The notes: generated by a model from the letters alone, not told the origin. A DNA stretch of 64,000 nucleotides from Anaeromyxobacter sp. (GCA_049840735.1 JASGJN010000013.1:512001-576000); one strand, 5' to 3'; positions 1-9,978 are shown, counted from the first letter of the stretch. Numbers and translations: made by a program.

Positions 1-1117
1 CCTGCAGCAGCGTGGGGCGGTGGCGCGCCACGTGCGGCCGGCGGCGGAGGACCTCGAAGAGCGCCGGGTGGCGCTTGAGGCGGCCGACCAGCGGCGGCGT
101 GTCGGTGAAGAGGCGCGGCGGCGGGGCGCCGAACGCGCTCTGGAAGGCGCCGCGGGCCCAGAGGTCGAGGGTGCGGACCGGTGGCTTCTCCAGGCCCAGC
201 GGCTCCAGCAGCCGCGCCGCGAGGCGGGCCAGCCCCTGCTCCGGCACCACCACCTGCAGCCGCCCGGGCGGGAAGCGCTTCGGGTCCTCGAAGGCGATGC
301 GCGCCAGCCGGTGCAGCGCCACGGTGGTCTTGCCGCTGCCGGCGCTGCCCAGCACCAGCAGCGGGCGATCCGGCGGGGCCGAGACGGCCTCGAACTGCTC
401 GGGGTCGAGCAGCGCCGTGACCTCCGGCGCCGCGGCCTGGCCGCGCGTCCCGGCCCCGGTCCCCAGGGCCCCGGCCCGCGCCGCGCTCCCGGCGCCGCCG
501 CCCAGGGACGCCGAGACGGCCGCCACCGCGCGCCAGCGGCCGTCCGGCGCGCGCACCAGCGCCCGCGCGCCGTCGCTGACCCGGGTGAGCACGCCGCGCT
601 CCACCACCACCACGCGCCGGGCCAGCACCAGCCCCTCCGCCACCCGCCCCGGGAACGGCTCCTCGTACTCCTCGCCCTCGCGGTAGCGGTAGAAGATCCC
701 GGCCACAGGGGCGTAGCGCCAGTCCACCACCCGCACGCCGCCGGCCCGGTCCACGAAGGTGTGCCGGCCCAGGCAGTAGTCGCGCTCCTCGGCGCCCTCG
801 CGGATGCGCAGGTGGGCGAAGTAGGGCGCGGCCGGGTCGGGCAGCTGGTCCGGGCGCACCCGGTCCATCACCGCGCGGACCAGCCCCATCTCCTGGAAGA
901 CGGTGGGCAGGTCCTTGGGGGTGGCCTCCAGCGCCTCCTCGCGCAGCTCGCGCAGGCGCCCCACCAGGTCCCCCTCGCCGCGCAGCGCCGCGCGCCGTGC
1001 CAGGAGCGCCTGCTGCACGGCCGCCAGCAGGGCCTGCTCCTCCTCGACCAGGCGGCGCTCGTCGGGCGCGAGCTCGGCCAGGGTGGCGTCGGCGGAGGTG
1101 GTGGGCGGCTGGAGCAA
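1..1117 (-). CDS. HelD/UvrD-like superfamily 1 helicase-ATPase, 5' part (runs off window start)
   Basis: Manual translation (not in ORF track): TTG start after GAGGAA; PYFAHLR..YCLGRHTF..VVDWRYAPVAGIFY, then LLDPEQFEAV and Walker A LVLGSAGSGKTTVALHRLA. Confidence 0.75.
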   Translation of the reverse strand, partial: MLQPPTTSADATLAELAPDERRLVEEEQALLAAVQQALLARRAALRGEGDLVGRLRELREEALEATPKDLPTVFQEMGLVRAVMDRVRPDQLPDPAAPYFAHLRIREGAEERDYCLGRHTFVDRAGGVRVVDWRYAPVAGIFYRYREGEEYEEPFPGRVAEGLVLARRVVVVERGVLTRVSDGARALVRAPDGRWRAVAAVSASLGGGAGSAARAGALGTGAGTRGQAAAPEVTALLDPEQFEAVSAPPDRPLLVLGSAGSGKTTVALHRLARIAFEDPKRFPPGRLQVVVPEQGLARLAARLLEPLGLEKPPVRTLDLWARGAFQSAFGAPPPRLFTDTPPLVGRLKRHPALFEVLRRRPHVARHRPTLLQ

Positions 1118-1543
1118 GGTGGTTCCTCTACGGTGCGACCTGCGCCCCCGGGCTGCGGGCGTGGAAAAGCGCGGATGGTAACCGGCCTCGCCCCGGGTTG
1201 CCGCAGGAATCGATGCGGCCAGGCCGGCGGCCACGCGGGCGGCCGCACGCCGGCGGAGCGGGGCGTCAACGGTCGCCGTCCCGCCCGGCGACCCGCCCAC
1301 GGGGCATCCCGAGTGCGTGCGGCGCCGCCCGGGCGTTCCGCTTATCAAGCCGACACGGGCTGCCGGGTCACGGCGGCGGCCCCGGACCGGCGCACCGGAC
1401 GGCGCGGTGACCGGCCCGCAGTCGCGCCGCGCGGCGGTCGGCGAGAAGCCTCTCCCGCCCCCGCTGCGCGGCGTCCTGCCCCTGCCCGCGCGAGCCGCCC
1501 CGGGGGGCGAGCGGTGCGCGGCGAGTCCTGCTACCTTGAGCGG

Positions 1544-2560
1544 GTGGAGTCGTCGCTCGACAGCGCGCGTGGACCGACCCCGGCGGCGGGGCCGCTGGCC
1601 GACGCCCAGGGGCGGCTCATCAGCTACCTGCGCGTCTCGCTCACCGATCGCTGCAACTTCCGCTGCACCTACTGCGATCCGTCGGAGACCGAGCCGGAGG
1701 GCGGGCTGCTCTCCCGCGGCGAGCTGGCCCGCCTGTTCCGCGTCTTCGCGCGCCTGGGCGTGCGCCGGGTCCGACTCACCGGCGGCGAGCCCACGCTGCG
1801 GCGCGACCTGGTGGAGATCGTGGCCGACGCGGCCGCCACGCCCGGCGTCGAGGAGGTCGCGCTCACCACCAACGGCCACCGCCTGGAGGCGCTGGCGGCG
1901 CCGCTGCGCGAGGCCGGGCTGGGCGCGCTCAACGTCTCGCTCGACACGCTGCAGCCGGACCGGCTGCTGGGCGTGTCCGGCCGCGGCGCGCGGCTGGAGC
2001 GGATCCTGGCGGGCATCGAGGCCTGCGCCGGCCGCTTCCGCTCGCTCAAGCTCAACACGGTGGTGATGCGCGGCGTCAACGAGGACGAGCTCCCGGCGCT
2101 GGTCCGCTGGGCCTGGGACCGTGGCGCGCTGCCGCGCTTCATCGAGCAGATGCCGTTCGGCGGCGGCGCGCCGGTGCCGCTGACGGAGGTGCGCGCGCGG
2201 CTCACGACGGACGGGCTCGCCCTGACGCCAGACGCGTGGCGCGGCTGGGGGCCGGCGCAGCACTGGCACGCGCGCGACCGCGACGGGCGCGAGGGGCGCA
2301 TCGGGCTCATCGGCGCCATGACCGAGAACTTCTGCGAGGCCTGCAACCGCGCGCGGATCACCGCGGACGGCGGCTTCCAGGCCTGCCTGGGCGGCGAGGA
2401 CCGGGCCGACCTGCGGGCGCTGCTGCGCGGCGGCGGCGAGGACGGTGCGCTGGAGCGCGCGGTGCGCGGCGCGCTGGCGCGCAAGGCGCCACGACACCAC
2501 ATGGACGAGGCTGCGTCCGGGCTGGTACTCCTCGCCCCGATGCGCGGGATCGGCGGGTAG
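1544..2560 (+). CDS. moaA: GTP 3',8-cyclase (molybdenum cofactor biosynthesis radical SAM)
   Basis: YLRVSLTDRCNFRCTYC, LTGGEPTLR, C-terminal FCEACNRARITADG..ACL, ends MRGIGG; GTG start chosen inside ORF 20..2560. Confidence 0.93.
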   Translation: MESSLDSARGPTPAAGPLADAQGRLISYLRVSLTDRCNFRCTYCDPSETEPEGGLLSRGELARLFRVFARLGVRRVRLTGGEPTLRRDLVEIVADAAATPGVEEVALTTNGHRLEALAAPLREAGLGALNVSLDTLQPDRLLGVSGRGARLERILAGIEACAGRFRSLKLNTVVMRGVNEDELPALVRWAWDRGALPRFIEQMPFGGGAPVPLTEVRARLTTDGLALTPDAWRGWGPAQHWHARDRDGREGRIGLIGAMTENFCEACNRARITADGGFQACLGGEDRADLRALLRGGGEDGALERAVRGALARKAPRHHMDEAASGLVLLAPMRGIGG

Positions 2561-2652
2561 CCGTCCGCCCGTCCCAGCCCCGCGCCCGGGCGCGAAGCCC
2601 GCAGGCCGCGGCGGAGGCTGGGCGGGGCGCGCAGCCCCAGGAGCCCTGTCGC

Positions 2653-4008
2653 GTGACTCGCCTGTCGTCGAACCGCTGGATCGTGGCCGCCGCCGGCACC
2701 CTCGGCATGGCCGTGCTGGGCACCGTCTACTCCTGGAGCCTCTTCACCCAGCCGCTCATCGCCGCCTTCGGCTGGTCCAGCGCCACGGCCACCTGGGCCT
2801 TCTCGCTGGCCATCTTCTCGCTGGGCGTGGGGGCCACGCTGGGCGGGCGCTGGCAGGACCGGGTCGGCCCGCGGCCGGTGGCCGTCACCGGCTTCGCGCT
2901 CTGGGCGCTCGGCAACGTGCTGGCCGGGCTGGGCACGGCGCGGCTGGGCGCGCCCTGGCTGTACGCCACGTACGGCGTGATGGGCGGGCTGGGGCTGGGG
3001 CTGGGCTACGTCACGCCGGTCTCGGCGGTGACCAAGTGGTTCCCGGACCGGCGCGGCCTGGGCAGCGGGCTGGTGGTGATGGGGTTCGGCCTGGGCGCGT
3101 TCGGCTACAGCACCTTCCTCAAGAGCTGGCCCGCCTTCGCGGCCGTGTCGCACCAGGCGGTCGAGGTGGTGGCGGCGCGCGCGCACCTGGCCCCCGGGCA
3201 GCCGGCGCCGGCGCTGCCGCCGGAGGCGGTGGCGCTGCTCATGTCCATCTTCCTCTGGTCCGGCGCGGTCTACGCGGTGGTGGGCATCGCCTGCGCGCTG
3301 CTGGTGCGCAACCCGCCACCCCAGGCCTCCGCCCCGGCCGCCGCCGCGGGCGCCGCGCCGGCCAGCGCGCTGGATCTCCCGCCCTCGCAGGCGCTGCGCA
3401 CCGGCCGCTTCTGGGCGCTGTGGGGCATGCTCTTCCTGGACGTCACCGCCGGCATCCTCTTCATCTCCTCGGCCGTGCCCATCATGCGCGAGCTGACCGG
3501 CGCGGCGCCGGCCGCGGCGGTGGCGGTCTACGGCGTGCTGGCGCTGTTCAACGGCCTGGGGCGGCTGGTGTGGGGGGCCCTCTCGGATCGGCTGGGGCGC
3601 AACCTGGCCTACGTGCTGATCTTCGGCTCGCAGGCGCTGATCTTCGCGGCCGTGGGCGGCGTGCACACGCTGGGCTGGGTGGGCGTGCTCTTCGCGGTGG
3701 TGCTGCTGGGCTACGGCGGCGGCTTCGGCGTCATGCCGTCCTTCGTGGCCGACCACTTCGGCACCCGCTCGCTGGGCGTCAACTACGGCTGGGTCCTGAC
3801 GGCCTGGGGCGTGGGCGGCGTGGTGGGGCCCATCTTCGCCGCCACCGTGAAGGACGCGACCGGCTCCTATGCCGGCGCGCTCCCGGTCATCGCGGTGATG
3901 CTGGCCGCGGCGGTGCTGCTGCCGGTGCTGACGCGCGCGCCGGGCGCGGGGCCGGACCAGCGCTGGGCCCACCTGCGGCCGCCGGCGCGGCGGGCGAAGG
4001 CCGGCTGA
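2653..4008 (+). CDS. MFS transporter, oxalate/formate antiporter (OFA) family
   Basis: GTVYSWSLF, GRWQDRVGPR, KWFPDRRGLGSGLVVMGFGLGA, GALSDRLGR, GYGGGFGVMP..GVNYG; many hydrophobic segments. Confidence 0.85.
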   Translation: MTRLSSNRWIVAAAGTLGMAVLGTVYSWSLFTQPLIAAFGWSSATATWAFSLAIFSLGVGATLGGRWQDRVGPRPVAVTGFALWALGNVLAGLGTARLGAPWLYATYGVMGGLGLGLGYVTPVSAVTKWFPDRRGLGSGLVVMGFGLGAFGYSTFLKSWPAFAAVSHQAVEVVAARAHLAPGQPAPALPPEAVALLMSIFLWSGAVYAVVGIACALLVRNPPPQASAPAAAAGAAPASALDLPPSQALRTGRFWALWGMLFLDVTAGILFISSAVPIMRELTGAAPAAAVAVYGVLALFNGLGRLVWGALSDRLGRNLAYVLIFGSQALIFAAVGGVHTLGWVGVLFAVVLLGYGGGFGVMPSFVADHFGTRSLGVNYGWVLTAWGVGGVVGPIFAATVKDATGSYAGALPVIAVMLAAAVLLPVLTRAPGAGPDQRWAHLRPPARRAKAG

Positions 4009-4031
4009 GACCGGCGGAGCGGGCCGGCCTC

Positions 4032-4688
4032 CTACGGCTGAGGCGCGTCCAGCGGGACCGGCGCCGCCTTCGGGGCCACCACCGGGTCCCCGAAGCGCAC
4101 CCAGATCTCGGCCGCGTCGCGCAGCAGGTCGAGCCGCTCCACCCGCACCTCCTCGACCTGCATGCCAGTGCGGGCCGCGAGGTCGGCGTGCAGCTCCGGC
4201 TCGCGTCCCGGCGCCAGCAGCGCGATCTGGTCGTAGAGCACCGGCCGGCTGCCGCCGCGGTTGGAGAGGGGCATCACCTCGAACAGCCAGGCGACGCCCA
4301 CGATCGCCAGGTCGGCCAGGACCGACTCGGCCAGGCTGGTCTTCTTGTTGATGCCGACCGCGTTCAGGATGGCCATGCCGATGGCCAGGAACAGGTAGGT
4401 CAGGTCGCGCGTGCTCACCGGCTCGGTCCGGTAGCGCAGGATCCCGAACACGGCGAAGAGGCCGAGCGCGAACCCCAGCTCGATCTCCACCTTCCGCAGC
4501 ATGAAGCAGAAGAGGAAGGTCACGAGGTTGATGGTGACGAAGGTGAAGACGTGGTCGCGGTTGCGGTGGCGGCGGTGGTAGACGCCCACCAGCAGCGCCA
4601 CGAACGCCAGGTCCGCGGCCAGGCGGACCGCCAGCCGGAGGAAGTCGCCCTCGTCGAAGAGCTGATCGACGCCGAAGAGCTTCAGCAT
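4032..4688 (-). CDS. DUF4956-family membrane protein
   Basis: GFALGLFAVFGILRYRTEPV..RDLTYLFLAI signature; ATG overlaps the end of the VTC gene. Confidence 0.8.
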   Translation of the reverse strand: MLKLFGVDQLFDEGDFLRLAVRLAADLAFVALLVGVYHRRHRNRDHVFTFVTINLVTFLFCFMLRKVEIELGFALGLFAVFGILRYRTEPVSTRDLTYLFLAIGMAILNAVGINKKTSLAESVLADLAIVGVAWLFEVMPLSNRGGSRPVLYDQIALLAPGREPELHADLAARTGMQVEEVRVERLDLLRDAAEIWVRFGDPVVAPKAAPVPLDAPQP

Positions 4689-5497
4689 GTCTGGAACCTC
4701 GCGAGCCGGTGGAGGGTGGGGAGGAAGCGGTTGCGGCGCTGGCTCGAGAGCAGCGCCATGGCCACCGCGTACTTGCTGACCGAGAGCCGCTGGGCGGCGG
4801 CCGCGCGCAGCGCGCGGACGGCCGGGCTGGCGTGGTCGAGCCGGGACTGCTTCACCTCGACGACGGCCAGGCCGGCCAGGGCGGCCGTGGCGGTCCCCAG
4901 CGCCAGCCGGAGGTCGAGGTCGACGGTGATCCGCTCGTCGGTGGCGAGGCCGACCAGGGTGATGCGGCGGAAGGTGGTGCGGGCCTGGGGCGCGAGGTCG
5001 CCGGACCACCCCGCCCGCTCGAGCGCCCAGGAGGCCTCCGCCGCGGCGAGCTGGTCCTCGCCGAACGGGTGCGGGTGGCGCACCTTGTCGGTGAGGGCGC
5101 GGTGCTGCTTGCGCTTCACCTCCAGGAAGCTCACCCGGCGATCCGGGTAATGGCGGATCCGGATCTTGGCCCGGGGCAGGCGCCCGCGCAGGTGCCCGAG
5201 GTAGCCCGGGAGCCCCGGGGCATCCAGGTAGAGCGTGTCGTAGGTGGCGACGCGGGCTTCGCCCGCCTCCAGCACGCCGTAGGCCTCGCCCAGGCGCGCC
5301 AGCAGCGGGATCAGCGCGGCCGCCCGCATGGCGAACTTGGTGTCTACCCGGCGGAGCAGGGCCCGGCGGGCGAGCAGCTCCGGCGGCACCGCCCGGTGAC
5401 CGGCCAGGGCCGCGGCCACCGGGTCGACCGCGGGTGCCGGCGCGGGCGCCAGGGGCGGCGCGGCGCGGGCCAGCGCGCTGGCGACGGCGGCGGTCAC
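4682..5497 (-). CDS. VTC-domain (polyphosphate polymerase-like, CYTH/TTM fold) protein
   Basis: RRVDTKF, YDTLYLD, KIRIRHY, FLEVKRK, RITLV..ERITVD, VVEVKQ, SKY motifs; GTG start overlaps upstream TGA. Confidence 0.82.
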   Translation of the reverse strand: MTAAVASALARAAPPLAPAPAPAVDPVAAALAGHRAVPPELLARRALLRRVDTKFAMRAAALIPLLARLGEAYGVLEAGEARVATYDTLYLDAPGLPGYLGHLRGRLPRAKIRIRHYPDRRVSFLEVKRKQHRALTDKVRHPHPFGEDQLAAAEASWALERAGWSGDLAPQARTTFRRITLVGLATDERITVDLDLRLALGTATAALAGLAVVEVKQSRLDHASPAVRALRAAAAQRLSVSKYAVAMALLSSQRRNRFLPTLHRLARFQTC

Positions 5498-6174
5498 GGG
5501 TCGAAGCCGTAGGAGAAGGAGAGGATGTTGGCGTCCTCGCCGTCGCCGGTCAGGTCGTGCTCGCGCAGGACCTCGATCAGGAAGGAGTGGCCCTTGCGCT
5601 CCCACCCCACCCCGCCGCCGGCGCGCCACTTCTCCGGGCCGGCATCGGCGGCGTCCTGCGTGGCGTACTGCTCGAACAGCTCGGCCGAGCCCTGCACCGA
5701 GAAGCCACTGGGGAGCCCGTAGTCGGCCACCAGCTTCTGGCGGAAGACGTGCTCGCGGGTCAGCTGCCGGTCCTCCTTCTCCGGCCAGCCCCAGGACTCG
5801 ACCAGCCGCAGCCGCAGTTTGAGCTTGAGGTCCCCCAGCTTGGCCCGGCCGGTGGCGTCGCCGAACAGCTCGTTCCACTCGTCGACGTACTCGCCGCGCT
5901 TGTTGTCCTTGTAGCGGAGCGCCAGCCGGTAGCCGCCCTTGAAGGAGATCCAGCGGGCCGCGCGCCAGTCCAGGTAGAGGCTGGGGCGCACCAGCCCCAC
6001 GCGGCTGGCGTCGTCCACCAGGCGGACCTCGCCGGCGGCGCCGAGCCGGAGCCCGTCGGTGAGCTCCAGCGAGCCGCCCACCTCGCCCCAGACCTGGCCG
6101 TCGGTGGCGCGGGCGGCGCGGGGGGCCGCCAGGGCCAGCGCGGTGAGGAGGAGGACCGCGGTCGGGCTACGCAT
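5494..6174 (-). CDS. secreted/outer-membrane beta-barrel protein, DUF2490-like
   Basis: Signal peptide, amphipathic beta strands, RLRL and RQKL motifs, terminal FSYGF; first gene of the coupled operon. Confidence 0.6.
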   Translation of the reverse strand: MRSPTAVLLLTALALAAPRAARATDGQVWGEVGGSLELTDGLRLGAAGEVRLVDDASRVGLVRPSLYLDWRAARWISFKGGYRLALRYKDNKRGEYVDEWNELFGDATGRAKLGDLKLKLRLRLVESWGWPEKEDRQLTREHVFRQKLVADYGLPSGFSVQGSAELFEQYATQDAADAGPEKWRAGGGVGWERKGHSFLIEVLREHDLTGDGEDANILSFSYGFDP

Positions 6175-6269
6175 GGGGTGGGGCTCCGGGGTGCGTTCCA
6201 GCAGGACGGACGAGCCTGCTGCATGGGTGTGACGAGCCTGGCACGGCGCGGGTTCCCGGGCCCGGCGCG

Positions 6270-6296
6270 CCGTCATGAACCGTCATGAACCGTCAC
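6270..6296. promoter_or_regulatory. 10-bp-period direct repeat (CCGTCATGAA)2-CCGTCAC, candidate regulator binding site
   Basis: Repeat visible ~100 bp upstream of the DUF2490-like start. Confidence 0.4.
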
Positions 6297-6360
6297 GGTC
6301 CGGCGCGCCCGGCGGCGGGAGCGCCGGCCGCAGGATTCTCGCAGACGCGCGCCCCCGCGG

Positions 6361-7284
6361 CTACCGGGCGGCGGCGGCCTGGCGCCGGGAGCCCTCGCGC
6401 AGCACGCGCTGGATCTCCGGCAGCGCGGCGCGGGCGGCGGCCACCCCGGCGGCGATGGCCTCGTCCTTCCGGTCGAAGTCGATCATGCCCACCTTGCCCA
6501 CCTCCGGCGTGATGAGCACGTCCGAGGTCTGGCGCGCCTGCTCCACCTCGCCGTGGACGCGGATGTTGACCGCGCGCATGATCACCTCGACGAAGTTGTC
6601 CGGCGGCCGCAGCGGCTCCACCGCGGACAGGTCCACGGCGATGATCACATCCGCCCCCATGTCGCGGGCCACCTTCACCGGCAGGTTGAGCGTCACCCCG
6701 CCGTCCACCAGCAGGCGGCCGTCCCAGGTGACCGGCTCGAACACGCCCGGGATGGCGCAGGAGGCCCGCACCGCGCGGGCCACGTCCCCCTCGCGCAGCA
6801 CCACGGTCTCGCCGGTGTCGAGGTCGGTGGCCACCGCCGCGTAGGGGACGCGCAGCTGCTCGATGCGCGCCTCCGGCAGGTGCTGGCGCACGAACTTCTC
6901 CAGCCGCCGGCCGGTGGCCAGCCCGGTGCCGAAGAGCGCCGGCGAGAGGCCGAAGTCGAAGAAGTCCGACCGCTCCAGCGTGCGGGCGGTCCGCTCCAGC
7001 TCGACGCTGTTGGTGTCGGTGGCGTAGAGCGCGCCCACCAGGCTGCCGACGCTGGTGCCCACCACCAGCTCCACCGGCACGCCGGCGTCTTCCAGGACGC
7101 GGATCACGCCCACGTGCGCGAACCCCCGCGCGCCGCCGCCGCCAAGCACCAGCGCCACGCGGGGCGGCTGGTCGTCCGCGGGGGCGTGCGGGATGGCCGG
7201 GAGCGGCGCCGGTGCCGCGGTGCGGCAGGAGGCCAGGGCCAGGGCGAGCAGCGGAGCGATCGAGTGGGGCCCGAGGCGGGTCAT
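6361..7284 (-). CDS. patatin-like phospholipase, lipoprotein
   Basis: LALASC lipobox; LGGGGARG, GTSVG nucleophile elbow, VDGG. Confidence 0.9.
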   Translation of the reverse strand: MTRLGPHSIAPLLALALASCRTAAPAPLPAIPHAPADDQPPRVALVLGGGGARGFAHVGVIRVLEDAGVPVELVVGTSVGSLVGALYATDTNSVELERTARTLERSDFFDFGLSPALFGTGLATGRRLEKFVRQHLPEARIEQLRVPYAAVATDLDTGETVVLREGDVARAVRASCAIPGVFEPVTWDGRLLVDGGVTLNLPVKVARDMGADVIIAVDLSAVEPLRPPDNFVEVIMRAVNIRVHGEVEQARQTSDVLITPEVGKVGMIDFDRKDEAIAAGVAAARAALPEIQRVLREGSRRQAAAAR

Positions 7285-7365
7285 GGGGACCAGAAAGGTA
7301 AATGAGCCGCTTGGATTCGTGAACTGGAACCGCCTGGCGGCCGCGGGCGGGGGCCCCAGCGAAGC

Positions 7366-7492
7366 TGGGGGAGGGGCGCAGCCCCTCGGCGGCGGATAGC
7401 GCGCAAGGCCGAAGGCCGCAGCGCGCTCGGCTCCGCCGTAGCAGGGGTGGGGCCCCGACGGCTCCGCCGGCGGGGCGGGGGCGCAGCCCCCG
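7366..7492. repeat. REP-like palindromic intergenic element
   Basis: Two hairpins GAGGGGCGCAGCCCCTC and CGGGGGCGCAGCCCCCG, internal GGCCGAAGGCC, and two copies of CGGCTCCGCCG. Confidence 0.5.
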
Positions 7493-7640
7493 GTGTCATG
7501 GTTAGCGCAACCATGCCGCAGGTGCTGCCACCAGGGGCGATCATCGCTCCCGGGGGGCCCTGCACCCCTGCCACACGCGACCTCGCGCCGCGGGTGGAGA
7601 CGGTTGGCTCCACTGTCAGATTTGGTAGGCTTCACGCCCC

Positions 7641-8282
7641 GTGGATCCTTACCTTCGCCCCACTGACGTCATCGACTGGGAGCACCCCGTCGTCCGCGCC
7701 CTGGGCAACGAGCTCTCGGCCAGCGCCACCCCCCGCGCCGACGGCGCGCGCGCGGAGCAGGTCCGCCGCCTGTTCGAGTGGGTCCGCCATCGCGTGACCC
7801 ACACCATGGATTTGGGCGGCGGCGGGCCGGTGACCTGCAGCGCCTCCGAGGTCGCCACCCGGCGCACCTCCATCTGCTTCGGCAAGAGCCACCTGCTGGT
7901 GGCGCTGCTGCGGGCCTCCGGCCTGCGGGCGGGCTTCTGCTACCAGCGGCTCACCGAGAACGACCGCTTCTTCCTGCATGGCCTCACGGCGGTGCAGCTG
8001 CCCGGGCTGGGCTGGTACCGGCTCGATCCCCGCGGAGGCTTCCGCGGCACCGGCGCGCGGTTCAGCCCTCCGAACGAGCGGCTGGTCTACACGCCCACCT
8101 CGCCCGGCGAGTGGGACTCGCGCGAGGTGCTGGCGGATCCGCTGCCGGAGGTGGTCGAGGCGCTGCGCGCGGCCCCCTCGCTGCAGCACCTGGCCCAGGC
8201 CCTGCCCGACCGCGTGGAGCCGCCCCGCGGCCTGGCCCGCGCCATCCCGCGGCCGGAGCGGCGGCGGGTGGAGAACCTGTAG
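7641..8282 (+). CDS. transglutaminase-like domain protein
   Basis: ICFGKSHLLVALLRASG..AGFCYQRL, LHG, WYRLDPRG (Cys-His-Asp triad). Confidence 0.88.
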   Translation: MDPYLRPTDVIDWEHPVVRALGNELSASATPRADGARAEQVRRLFEWVRHRVTHTMDLGGGGPVTCSASEVATRRTSICFGKSHLLVALLRASGLRAGFCYQRLTENDRFFLHGLTAVQLPGLGWYRLDPRGGFRGTGARFSPPNERLVYTPTSPGEWDSREVLADPLPEVVEALRAAPSLQHLAQALPDRVEPPRGLARAIPRPERRRVENL

Positions 8283-8301
8283 GCCCGCCGTCCGGCCGTC
8301 T

Positions 8302-8474
8302 CCCTGTCCTTCGACTTCGCGCCCGCCCTGCGGGCGCTACGCTCAGGACGAACGGGGGTTCGCTGACCTCCGCAGCCCCTCCCTGAAGCGCCCGCGCCCC
8401 GCCCCCGGCTGACCGGGTGGCGGGGCGCGCTGCTGTCGTGCCGCCGGGCTGAGCGCGGCCGTCGAAGGACAGGG
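8302..8474. repeat. REP/REPIN-like inverted pair between convergent genes
   Basis: CCCTGTCCTTCGAC (8302-8315) is the exact reverse complement of GTCGAAGGACAGGG (8461-8474); also CGCTCAG/CTGAGCG and internal GC hairpins. Confidence 0.6.
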
Positions 8475-8487
8475 CCCAGCTGCGGCG

Positions 8488-9975
8488 CTACGGAGGCAGC
8501 ACCGTCTCGCCGTGCGAGAGGTAGCGGTCCACCTGCTGCGCCGCCTGCCGCCCCTCGCGGATGGCCCAGACCACCAGCGACTGGCCGCGGGCCATGTCGC
8601 CCGCGGCGAAGACGCCGGGGACGCTGGTCATCTTGTTGCCGTCGGTCCAGACGTTGCCGCGATCGTCGAGCTTCACGCCCAGCTGCTCGAGCATGGGCTT
8701 CTCCGGCCCGGTGAAGCCCAGCGCCAGCAGCACCAGATCGGCCGGGATGACCTTCTCGGTCCCCGGGACCTCGCGCGGCCCGAAGCGGCCGTCCGGCCCC
8801 TTGGCCCACTCCACCTGGACCAGGTGCAGCTCCTTCACGCGGCCGTCCGGCCCGCCCACGAACTTCTTGGTGAGCACCTGGAAGGTGCGCGGGTCCTGGC
8901 CCCAGAGCGCCTTGGCCTCCTCCTGGCCGTAGTCGACCTTGAGGACCTTGGGCCACTGCGGCCACGGGTTGTCCGCGGCGCGCTGGTCCGGCGGGCGCGG
9001 CATGATCTCGAGCTGGATCACGCCCTTGGCGCCGTGGCGGATCGAGGTGCCCACGCAGTCGGTGCCGGTGTCGCCGCCGCCGATCACCACCACGTGCTTG
9101 CCCTTGGCCGAGATGTACTTGCCGTCGGCGTGGTCGGAGTCGAGCAGCGACTTGGTGTTCGCGTGCAGGAACTCCATGGCCAGGTGGATGCCCTGGAGGT
9201 TGCGCCCCTCCACCGGCAGGTCGCGCGCCTGGGTGGCGCCGCCCGCCAGGACCACGGCGTCGTAGTCCTTGAGCAGCCGGCCGGCCGGGACGTGCTTGCC
9301 GACCTCGGTCTCGGTGACGAAGCGCACGCCCTCGTCGGCGATGAGCTGCACCCGCCGCTCGACCACCTTCTTGTCGAGCTTCATGTTCGGGATGCCGTAC
9401 ATCAGCAGCCCGCCCACGCGGTCGGAGCGCTCGAAGACCGTGACGGTGTGGCCCGCCTTGTTGAGCTGCTGGGCCGCGGCCAGGCCGGCCGGGCCGGAGC
9501 CCACCACCGCCACGCGCTTGCCGGTGCGGGCCGGCGGCGTCTGCGGCTTGATCCAGCCCTGCGCCCAGGCGCGGTCGGCGATCTCGTTCTCGATCAGCTT
9601 GATGGTGACCGGCGGATCGTTGATGCCGACCGTGCAGCTCCCCTCGCAGGGCGCCGGGCAGACGCGCCCGGTGAACTCGGGGAAGTTGTTGGTCTTGGCG
9701 AGGCGGATGTACGCCTCCTGCCACTGGCCCCGGTAGACGAGGTCGTTCCACTCCGGGATCAGGTTGTTGACCGGGCAGCCGCTGGCCATGCCGGCGATGA
9801 TCTTGCCCGTGTGGCAGAAGGGGATCCCGCAGTCCATGCAGCGGGCGCCCTGCTGGCGCAGCGAGGCCTCGTCGTAGGGAGGGTGGTCCTCCTTCCAGTC
9901 CTTGATGCGCTCGAGGGGCGGCCGGTCGTGCTTCGGCTCGCGCTGGAACTCCATGAATCCGGTCGGCTTGCCCAT
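8488..9975 (-). CDS. gltD: glutamate synthase small subunit
   Basis: [59 protein letters not shown]. Confidence 0.97.
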   Translation of the reverse strand: MGKPTGFMEFQREPKHDRPPLERIKDWKEDHPPYDEASLRQQGARCMDCGIPFCHTGKIIAGMASGCPVNNLIPEWNDLVYRGQWQEAYIRLAKTNNFPEFTGRVCPAPCEGSCTVGINDPPVTIKLIENEIADRAWAQGWIKPQTPPARTGKRVAVVGSGPAGLAAAQQLNKAGHTVTVFERSDRVGGLLMYGIPNMKLDKKVVERRVQLIADEGVRFVTETEVGKHVPAGRLLKDYDAVVLAGGATQARDLPVEGRNLQGIHLAMEFLHANTKSLLDSDHADGKYISAKGKHVVVIGGGDTGTDCVGTSIRHGAKGVIQLEIMPRPPDQRAADNPWPQWPKVLKVDYGQEEAKALWGQDPRTFQVLTKKFVGGPDGRVKELHLVQVEWAKGPDGRFGPREVPGTEKVIPADLVLLALGFTGPEKPMLEQLGVKLDDRGNVWTDGNKMTSVPGVFAAGDMARGQSLVVWAIREGRQAAQQVDRYLSHGETVLPP

Positions 9976-9978
9976 GTC

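Noticed and set aside
1118..1543. Moco riboswitch upstream of moaA
   Set aside because: GC-rich, but no recognisable conserved motif; cannot be supported without a covariance search.
6239..6256. TGGCACG sigma54-like element
   Set aside because: No GC at the -12 position and it points away from the nearby operon.
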